DNA from: Parcubacteria group bacterium Gr01-1014_8 | Lineage (GTDB): Bacteria > Patescibacteriota > Minisyncoccia > Phycocordibacterales > UBA2100 | DNA: 64,000 nt | Direction of reading: 5' to 3' | Assembly: GCA_007376385.1 (NCBI GenBank) | Contig: VMGC01000002.1 | Coordinates: 64,001 to 128,000 of the forward strand | In this document: in pieces, positions 57,060-64,000 of the stretch | Numbering within the stretch: the first letter of the stretch is position 1 | Layout: each line of letters begins with the position of its first letter | Position numbers and translations under genes: made by a program | Notes under the pieces: model-generated | Told to the model about the DNA's origin: nothing | The model's database searches: none | Seen by the model: the letters and a program-made list of their open reading frames with translations, nothing else

Positions 57060-58304
57060 ATGGACAAATTTAGGGCTCAATTACGGCTTACCCGAGACGC
57101 GGCGCAGATACTTGCCACCCTCCCCATTTCAACGAGAAGGGGGATCTTGCGCACGCTCGCATCCCGTCTCAAATACAAAAAAAAGGACCTCTTGAGAGCG
57201 AATAAACGAGACATCGAAAAAGCGAAAAAACGCGGGAGAAACAATGCGTTCATAGATAGGCTTACGCTCACGGACAAAAGGTTTAATTCCATGCTTGTAC
57301 AGGTGAAAAATATTGCACGTTCACGTGATGTTTTGCACAGAGTTATCGAAAGCAGGCGGCTTCCTCAGGGAATGATATTGAAGAAAATAAGTGTCCCCCT
57401 GGGCGTCATCGGTATTATTTACGAATCACGGCCGAACGTGACCATTGATGTAGCTGCTCTTTGCATCATGTCCGGGAACGCGGCGGTCTTAAAGGGCGGT
57501 TCCGATGCACTGAACACAAACAGACTCTTGTCTCGATGCGTGCAGTATTCGCTGAAGCGGCGCGGAGCGCCACAGGCAGCGGTGAATTTCCTCGACACAA
57601 AAGACCGGAGCGTTGTTGAGGCGCTGGTGAAGGAAAACGAATACATAGATGTCGTTATTCCGCGCGGAGGGTATGAACTCGTGCGAAAGATCGTGCGGCA
57701 GTCGCGGATCCCCATCCTCTATCATGCGGAGGGAGGAGCGCGAATTTACGTCGACAAGCATGCGGACCTTAGAAAAGCCATTCAAATTTGCATTAATGCT
57801 AAAACAGATCATCCGGCGACCTGCAATTCGGTGGATACGGTATTGGTCCACGGGAAGATCGCGCGACGATTTATTCCGGAAATGGTACGCGTATTCAAAA
57901 GCGAGGGTGTGGAGGTTCGGGGCGACCCGGAATCAAAGCGATTTGCAAAGATACATAGCGCGAATGCGTCGGATTACAGTGCAGAGTTTCTCGACAGGAT
58001 TGTTGTGTTGAAAGTCGTGAAGAGTACGGAGGAAGCAATTGCCTTCATACGAAGGTTCAGTAAGAAACACACAGAGGGTATCGTGTCGCGTAACAAAAAA
58101 ACGGTTGCAGCATTCGTGAATTCGATCGATGCTGCAGGAATATTTGTCAATTGCTCGACGAGACTTCACGATGGAGGGATATTCGGCCTGGGGGCCGAGA
58201 TGGGCATTGCAACAGGCAAATTACATGCCCGCGGCCCAGTGGGTTTGAAGGAGCTCGCAACGTATAAATGGGTCATGTATGGAAGCGGCCAGATACGAAA
58301 TTAA
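57060..58304 (+). CDS. proA: Gamma-glutamyl phosphate reductase
   Basis: 'NCSTRLHDGGIFGLGAEMGIATGKLHARGPVGLKELATYKWVMYGSGQIR' ProA C-terminal signature. Confidence 0.85.
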   Translation: MDKFRAQLRLTRDAAQILATLPISTRRGILRTLASRLKYKKKDLLRANKRDIEKAKKRGRNNAFIDRLTLTDKRFNSMLVQVKNIARSRDVLHRVIESRRLPQGMILKKISVPLGVIGIIYESRPNVTIDVAALCIMSGNAAVLKGGSDALNTNRLLSRCVQYSLKRRGAPQAAVNFLDTKDRSVVEALVKENEYIDVVIPRGGYELVRKIVRQSRIPILYHAEGGARIYVDKHADLRKAIQICINAKTDHPATCNSVDTVLVHGKIARRFIPEMVRVFKSEGVEVRGDPESKRFAKIHSANASDYSAEFLDRIVVLKVVKSTEEAIAFIRRFSKKHTEGIVSRNKKTVAAFVNSIDAAGIFVNCSTRLHDGGIFGLGAEMGIATGKLHARGPVGLKELATYKWVMYGSGQIRN

Positions 58305-59121
58305 TGTGAAAAAAATAGTAATAATCGGCGGCGGGAACATCGGAAAAGCCTTGGCTCTCGGCATAGTGGGCTCTAAAATAGTATTACGACGGAATTTGGT
58401 TGTCTGCGATCACGGAAGCAGGAATCGCGCGCGGCTGGTAGCTCGGGGTATCAGCGTTGCAACGGAAGCTCGCGATGCCGCCGTTCAAGCCGACGTCGTG
58501 ATAGTGGCAGTAAAACCGAAGGATATGCGTACTGTGCTGAAGCGAATTGGCGATGTGCTTCATGAGCGAACCGTATTGATATCTGTCGCAGCAGGCGTTG
58601 CCGTGCGAGATCTGGAACGATTCTTTCCCCGCAAACGATCCGTGATACGAGTCATGCCGAATATCTGTGCTTCGATAGGAGAATCTATGTCTGTGTGGGT
58701 AAAGAACAGACATGCGAGCGCGGCTCATGTTCGTCTTGTAAAAAGAATACTCTCGTCAATAGGTGCAGAGCTTCAGGTGCATTCTGACAACGATATTGAC
58801 AGGGCAACGGCGATCTCCGGAAGCGGACCAGCCTATCTGTTCTATCTTGCAGAGCTTCTGATATTTGAGGCAAAGAGGCTTGGGTTCTCGAAAGTCGATT
58901 CGAATATGATGGTCAGGCAAACTCTTTTCGGGAGCGGAGCAATGATCAAGGACCTAAAAAGAGAGCCGACTGATCTCCGAACATCAGTAACTTCTCCTGG
59001 CGGCACGACAGCAACCGCCCTTCGCGAGTTCAAGAGAGCGAACCTGAAAAAGATGATACATACTGCTATCAAGGCTGCGGCTAAGCGTGCTGGAGAATTA
59101 GCTGCGATAAACAGAAAGTAA
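58279..59121 (+). CDS. proC: Pyrroline-5-carboxylate reductase
   Basis: Rossmann 'IVIIGGGNIGKAL', 'SPGGTTATAL' ProC signature. Confidence 0.8.
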   Translation: MEAARYEINVKKIVIIGGGNIGKALALGIVGSKIVLRRNLVVCDHGSRNRARLVARGISVATEARDAAVQADVVIVAVKPKDMRTVLKRIGDVLHERTVLISVAAGVAVRDLERFFPRKRSVIRVMPNICASIGESMSVWVKNRHASAAHVRLVKRILSSIGAELQVHSDNDIDRATAISGSGPAYLFYLAELLIFEAKRLGFSKVDSNMMVRQTLFGSGAMIKDLKREPTDLRTSVTSPGGTTATALREFKRANLKKMIHTAIKAAAKRAGELAAINRK

Positions 59122-59124
59122 ACC

Positions 59125-59883
59125 ATGTACAAAAGGATAATCGTGAAAGTGGGCACGGGAGTCGTCTCAAAAGAAAGCGGAGAGCTCGATCTGAATATAT
59201 TCAGGCATCTGGTAGAGCAAGTCGTGGCGCTTCGCAATAAAGGGATGGAAGTTGTCATTGTCACTTCGGGAGCAGTCGGGGCCGGAAAAAGCGTCCTCAC
59301 CCCGAAAGGAATAAATTCAGAGGTTATCCGAAAGCAGGTTTTAGCTGCTGTCGGCCAAGCGAAACTTATGAACATATACGCTGACCTCTTTTCAAAACAT
59401 GGATATCTCTGTGCGCAGGTTCTAACCACAAAGCAGGATTTTCGCGATGAAGAACACTATGCAAATATGAAGAATTGCTTCAAAGCACTTCTCATGGACA
59501 GCGTCGTTCCAATAGTGAATGAAAACGATGTTGTGGCGACGACCGAGCTCATGTTCACCGATAACGATGAACTTGCCGGCCTCGTAGCGACGCAACTTGA
59601 AGCCGACCTGTTCGTGATACTTACGACCTCTGACGGAATTCTCGATAGCGACAAAAAGACCATCCCAGAAATAAATCTTTCCAATAGCGCGAGTGTTTCA
59701 GGGCATATTACGGGAGAGATATCAGCGTTTGGACGAGGGGGAATGCGTTCAAAATTCACTATTGCAAAGCAACTCGCAAAGAATGGAATTGCCGTGTATA
59801 TAACGAACGGAAAAAAGAAAAATGCTTTGATACATAGTATTGATGGGAAGGCAGGCGGCACATATTTTGCGCCGGTGACATAG
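59125..59883 (+). CDS. proB: Glutamate 5-kinase (no PUA domain)
   Basis: 'RIIVKVGTGVV', 'VVIVTSGAVGAG', 'DNDELAG' amino-acid-kinase motifs. Confidence 0.85.
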   Translation: MYKRIIVKVGTGVVSKESGELDLNIFRHLVEQVVALRNKGMEVVIVTSGAVGAGKSVLTPKGINSEVIRKQVLAAVGQAKLMNIYADLFSKHGYLCAQVLTTKQDFRDEEHYANMKNCFKALLMDSVVPIVNENDVVATTELMFTDNDELAGLVATQLEADLFVILTTSDGILDSDKKTIPEINLSNSASVSGHITGEISAFGRGGMRSKFTIAKQLAKNGIAVYITNGKKKNALIHSIDGKAGGTYFAPVT

Positions 59884-59966
59884 GGGAGGGGTCGTTCTTC
59901 AATAATTGAATGTGCGAGGTTGCGCCTGTCTCTTGTCAGGGTAAGGGGGTGTCGTATAGTGAACGC

Positions 59967-60263
59967 ATGACGAAGAACCCTTATATCAACGCTTCGCTCG
60001 CCGCCGCGTATATCGCCCTCGTTGCGACAGTGATGACCGTCGGCGAGAAGTTTGGCCCTGATGGGTCTATCTTGGTGCCGATGGCTGTTCTTTCTCTGTT
60101 TGTACTTTCCGCCTGTGTCATGGGATTCATTTTCTTCTTTGAACCGGTTCAAATGTATCTTGATGGCGCAAAGAAAGAAGCCATTTCTCTCGCATATAAG
60201 ACTATTGGCACTTTTGCGGTCATTACGGCATTATTTTTTGCGACATTACTTTTTGTCGCCTGA
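59967..60263 (+). CDS. Hypothetical small membrane protein
   Basis: Three TM segments. Confidence 0.3.
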   Translation: MTKNPYINASLAAAYIALVATVMTVGEKFGPDGSILVPMAVLSLFVLSACVMGFIFFFEPVQMYLDGAKKEAISLAYKTIGTFAVITALFFATLLFVA

Positions 60264-60338
60264 TCTTGCCCGATGTTGGAATGGCCAGTTGACGCATCGG
60301 TGCTATGATTGTCTGAGTATTATTTAATTCATTGGAAT

Positions 60339-61385
60339 ATGAAAAAAGCATTAATGTTGATGACCTTAGGCGCGCTCGTCTTTGGTGTAAGCGCAGGGTT
60401 AGCCTATGCAAAGCCGCAACAGGTAACAAGCGGAGGAAAAACATATTACGTTGTTGCTTCAACCGATCAGGCGATTGATTCGGGTGCAGAAGTATGTGCT
60501 TCGATGGGGAAGCAGTGCATCGGATACACGGGATTTTCAAACGACGCGTGTAAGAAGGTGCATGCTGATGCCGCGACAAAATCAGACATGAATGGCAGTA
60601 AAGCTGGATTTTATTGCGACGGTTCACCGCAAGGAGGCGTGTGCGCGAGCGAGGTGAATACGTGCCACGTCTGCCCGAATTGCAATGTGGGCGTGACGTG
60701 CGACGAATCGATAGGCGGTCTGTATCGAGAAATGTATGTTGAATGTTCCTCCAGCGATGACACTATTGCAGTTCCAGCGCGGTGGCGCAGCGTCTTTTCT
60801 TTTCCCGGCAGGTGGTGGAGCGGGATGCGTGATACAGTCGCGCGAGCGTTCGATCGTTACCGCGAGATCCTCGGTCGGTTAACAATGGTAACTGTGAAGC
60901 ATGTCGTTATTCAAGTACAAGGTCCAAATGGCACCGTAAGCGCGGACATTCCTGAGGACTCGCTCGTATGCGAGTTCTATCAAACGAACAAGAAACTTGT
61001 GACGTGCGGCGCGCTCGCAGCAGCGGACCAATTTTGCGTGACAGCATTTGACTCTCGATTCGCGACTGCAGCGCTCTGTCAGGACAACGGCATCATTATC
61101 TGCAGCAAACCGTGCACGACGGATCCACAGGAGTTGAAGCCGCAGAGATGCGCGTTCGACAATGACCGACCGAGGGGAAAACAAGCGGCGCCTCTCGATT
61201 TCTGCACCGAGACAAAAACCATTCAAGTTGATACGGGTGACACGGTAAAAAAGAAAGCAGGGCAAGAGTGCAAGCATGGCGGCGAGTGCAATACGGGGTA
61301 TTGTCTTGGACAGCCGTCGGACAACGGAATTAAGTATTTCTGCTCGTGCAAGCAAACGACGCTCGACTTTACGTGTGGCACGTAG
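60339..61385 (+). CDS. Secreted cysteine-rich hypothetical protein
   Basis: Signal peptide MKKALMLMTLGALVFGVSAGLAYA. More than 30 Cys, in CxxC/CxC patterns. Confidence 0.35.
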   Translation: MKKALMLMTLGALVFGVSAGLAYAKPQQVTSGGKTYYVVASTDQAIDSGAEVCASMGKQCIGYTGFSNDACKKVHADAATKSDMNGSKAGFYCDGSPQGGVCASEVNTCHVCPNCNVGVTCDESIGGLYREMYVECSSSDDTIAVPARWRSVFSFPGRWWSGMRDTVARAFDRYREILGRLTMVTVKHVVIQVQGPNGTVSADIPEDSLVCEFYQTNKKLVTCGALAAADQFCVTAFDSRFATAALCQDNGIIICSKPCTTDPQELKPQRCAFDNDRPRGKQAAPLDFCTETKTIQVDTGDTVKKKAGQECKHGGECNTGYCLGQPSDNGIKYFCSCKQTTLDFTCGT

Positions 61386-61441
61386 CGGTGGTGGGGGGCA
61401 TGGAGCGTGCTTCAGAAGGTGCCGAGTAGTACACTGAAGCC

Positions 61442-61975
61442 ATGGGTAAATACGTCCTCGCTCTTCTTGTCTTGATCGGAGCGATAGTCGCAGCTGTCTG
61501 GTGGAGCGGGATTTTTGCTGTTGATATGGACCCATCGATTGCGACCGACTATAGAAATGCAACATACGAGATAGACCTACAGCCGATAAAACTAGAAAAT
61601 GGGCGAGCGGAATCGTTTGTCGTTTCGGACTCCGACGCGAAAGCCATCACACAGTATTTTGGCAATGACGCAATGGGAGACCTGAACGGCGACGGACTTG
61701 CAGATGTTGCCTTTCTTCTCACACAGCAAAGCGGAGGAAGCGGAACCTTCTATTACGTGGCCGCCGCACAAAAGGCTGGCAACGGCTATAGGGGAATGAA
61801 CGCGGTGTTGTTGGGGGACAGAATTGCGCCGCAGAGCACGGAGATCCATAATATGCAGATCATCGTCAATTACGCAGAGCGCAGGGGCGATGAGCCGATG
61901 ACCGCACAGCCGTCTATCGGTGTTTCGAAATATTTCCGCATCAATAACGGTCGGCTCACTGAAGAGGGTATATAG
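61442..61975 (+). CDS. Hypothetical secreted/membrane-anchored protein
   Basis: N-terminal TM or signal segment; 'GDLNGDGLADVAF' FG-GAP/VCBS-like Asp-Gly motif. Confidence 0.3.
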   Translation: MGKYVLALLVLIGAIVAAVWWSGIFAVDMDPSIATDYRNATYEIDLQPIKLENGRAESFVVSDSDAKAITQYFGNDAMGDLNGDGLADVAFLLTQQSGGSGTFYYVAAAQKAGNGYRGMNAVLLGDRIAPQSTEIHNMQIIVNYAERRGDEPMTAQPSIGVSKYFRINNGRLTEEGI

Positions 61976-62022
61976 CGCGTGTTGCATGGCCACGGGGGGA
62001 GGGGTGAATTGAGCGGTCCATC

Positions 62023-63162
62023 GTGATACGCTCAATATCCATGCGGGCGACAAAAGTTCATTTTGCTTCTTCCGATAGCGCGGACATGTACTATATGGTC
62101 CAGTGCCGAATCCCGGACCCTTTTTTTGTTATAGATTCAGGACGCGAAAAAAAAGTATTTCTGAATGTCCTGGAGATAGATGCGTTTCGAGAAAGAAATA
62201 CAAATGACACGTTTGAGGTCATACCGGTGGAGCCGCTCATGAAGAAAGCAAAGGCCATTGACGGTAAAGGAAGCAGAGCGGCGAAACTTGCCTACGTGAT
62301 ATTTGAGCAGTACGACTTGCTGAAAAAAGAGATAACAGTGCCTCGTGAATTTCCGTTGGACGTTGCGGATTATCTGCGCTCAAAAGGTGCAGTTCTTAAC
62401 GTATCGCATCCATTCATTCACGAACGCGCGACAAAAACCGCGGAGGAAATCGAGCTTCTTCGGGAAAATCTAAAAAAGACAACGAAGGGATTTGAGCTTG
62501 TGGAGAAAATATTACGCGCCGCCAAGATAAAAGATGATTCCCTTTTTCATGATGGAAAAGAACTAACGAGCGAGTACATAAAGGATGAAGTCGAAAAGTC
62601 CTTATTCCTCGAGGGGATGGAGGATGTCGAAGGAATGATCCTCTCGTCAGGAAAGCAATCGGCGATGCCCCACCACAAAGGAGAGGGGTCCATTAAACCA
62701 AACACAGCCATCATTTGTGACATTTTCTTCCGCGATCGAAAGAATCGATATTTTGGCGATATGACGCGCACGTACGTCAAAGGTACGCCAACTGAAAAAG
62801 TTAGGCAGATGCACGAAACAGTAAAAAATTCTCAAGATGCGGCATTTGCCGCCATAAGGCCAGGTGCTCTCGCAAAACATGTTTTTGAGGCGTCAGCAAA
62901 AGCGATCCGTGATGCAGGATTCGATGTAGGGGACAAAGGATACATTCACAGTCTGGGGCACGGACTTGGTCTCGAACTGCACGAAGCGCCAAATGCAGGA
63001 CCCAATTCCGAGGACGTTTTAGAAGTTGGGAATGTTATTACTATTGAGCCCGGTCTTTACTATCCGGAGTGGGGAGGCGTGCGTATAGAGGATGTTATTG
63101 TAGTTGGTGAACATGGCGTTGAGAACTTGACCAATTATCATCGTGAGTATCTTATTACCTAA
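62023..63162 (+). CDS. M24-family Xaa-Pro aminopeptidase/dipeptidase
   Basis: 'HSLGHGLGLELHEAP', 'ITIEPGLY', 'GGVRIEDVIVV' metal-ligand motifs. Confidence 0.75.
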   Translation: MIRSISMRATKVHFASSDSADMYYMVQCRIPDPFFVIDSGREKKVFLNVLEIDAFRERNTNDTFEVIPVEPLMKKAKAIDGKGSRAAKLAYVIFEQYDLLKKEITVPREFPLDVADYLRSKGAVLNVSHPFIHERATKTAEEIELLRENLKKTTKGFELVEKILRAAKIKDDSLFHDGKELTSEYIKDEVEKSLFLEGMEDVEGMILSSGKQSAMPHHKGEGSIKPNTAIICDIFFRDRKNRYFGDMTRTYVKGTPTEKVRQMHETVKNSQDAAFAAIRPGALAKHVFEASAKAIRDAGFDVGDKGYIHSLGHGLGLELHEAPNAGPNSEDVLEVGNVITIEPGLYYPEWGGVRIEDVIVVGEHGVENLTNYHREYLIT

Positions 63163-63286
63163 TTATGCCTGTACACACGAAAAGGCCTTATATGCATGCG
63201 GTCAGCCGTTCAAGAATGAACACAACTGATCCAGAGACTTGGTTGCTTTTTGGAAGTAATGTTGGCCAGCGGCTAGGCCTTTTCGT

Positions 63287-63580
63287 GTGATAGGTATGCA
63301 AGAAAGAATAGAGGCGATCGAGCGGGAGCTGGAAGCAATAAAACAAAGAAATTCTCGGGTGGAAGGGGATAAAGCATGGGAAACAAGCCCTGTGCGCGCG
63401 GCTATTCTCGCAGCCATTACGTTTGTAGTGACTTCCGCCGGCCTCATGATGATCGACAATGAGAATCCGTTTCGCAACGGGATCATAGCGGCGATCGGAT
63501 ATGTACTTTCAACGCTATCATTTTCATTCCTGAAGCGACGCTGGATCGTCTCGTACGTCGCGCGACTCGGCAAGAAGTGA
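63287..63580 (+). CDS. Hypothetical membrane protein with an N-terminal coiled-coil
   Basis: ORF plus two TM segments. Confidence 0.3.
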   Translation: MIGMQERIEAIERELEAIKQRNSRVEGDKAWETSPVRAAILAAITFVVTSAGLMMIDNENPFRNGIIAAIGYVLSTLSFSFLKRRWIVSYVARLGKK

Positions 63581-63712
63581 ACCCCGTTAGAGAACGCCCT
63601 GCCGAACACGGCTTCAGTCGTCTTAGGGGTGGCTTTTCTCTAACGGGTGAATAACTCGCTGTACAGAGCTTCCAGCATGGTATTCTTTGCAGATTAACAT
63701 CATCTCTTTCGT

Positions 63713-64000
63713 ATGAGTTCACTCATGCTTCCTCAATTATTAGGTTTGTATTTTTTGATAGTCGGGGTCATCGTCGTTGCCAGGCGCGCATCGATAATGC
63801 CTGCGCTGTCACAGATAGTCGCGAACAGGCCGCTTCTCCTTGTCATCTCGCTTGCAGAACTCCTTGCAGGGCTGGCCATCATCCTCAATTACTCAGAAGT
63901 GTCATTTACGACAGAAGGGGTTATTGCGGTCATAGGCTGGATGCTCGTCGTGGAAGGCATTTTGTATCTTGCAACGCCTATGCGTGTTGTTCAAAAGTTC
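63713..64000 (+). CDS. Hypothetical membrane protein, 5' partial (ORF open to the window end)
   Basis: ATG at 63713 (MSSLMLPQLLGLYFLIVGV...) with 96 codons and no stop. Absent from the ORF track because it is truncated. Confidence 0.35.
   Translation, partial: MSSLMLPQLLGLYFLIVGVIVVARRASIMPALSQIVANRPLLLVISLAELLAGLAIILNYSEVSFTTEGVIAVIGWMLVVEGILYLATPMRVVQKF

Overview
This 64 kb window reads like a gene-dense, reduced bacterial genome (about 50% GC, mostly housekeeping genes, many short or single-domain proteins, no biosynthetic clusters). It resembles a Candidate Phyla Radiation / Patescibacteria-type organism, but that is inference from gene content only. Gene calls and homologies were made by eye from conserved motifs without any database search, and tRNAs were folded by hand.

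Recognisable core genes:
- Protein export and translation: lepB, pth, rpsA, rbfA, infB (short form), rpmG, serS, miaA, a Dus-family tRNA-dihydrouridine synthase.
- DNA metabolism: gyrA, topA, dprA, parB, dnaX (short).
- Other: clpB, rel, alr, IscS/NifS-type cysteine desulfurase, FumC-like lyase, enolase, gpmI, proA-proC-proB operon, NirK-like copper nitrite reductase, M24 peptidase.
- Eight intact tRNAs: Leu-TAG, Lys-CTT, Leu-TAA, Cys-GCA, Tyr-GTA, Trp-CCA, Leu-CAA, Gln-TTG.

The accessory and unusual content:
1. A 14-nt motif pair is the observation I would follow up first. TACCCCRTGAGATA and its reverse complement TATCTCAYGGGGTA occur as inverted pairs. There are at least 7 pairs, all intergenic, separated by a near-constant 71-76 bp of non-conserved spacer (one pair has a half-length 36 bp spacer). 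The motif lies 2-35 nt upstream of start codons, with one exception at 81 nt.
2. A tandem array of five paralogous TrbC/VirB2-like pilin-type small membrane proteins, with duplicated leader regions that carry inverted repeats, plus a sixth paralog elsewhere.
3. Two paralogous HTH proteins whose stop codons lie inside the 5' halves of tRNA-Tyr and tRNA-Trp. One of them is also flanked by an inverted, degenerate tRNA remnant.
4. An IS200-like Y1 transposase (RAYT) bracketed by two 25-nt hairpins that are exact reverse complements of each other. The whole insert sits between two diverged copies of the pth 3' end.
5. rpmG followed by three degenerate tandem partial copies of itself.
6. A roughly 40-nt conserved element (a hairpin followed by a CCGAGCCGRGGAG box) present three times.
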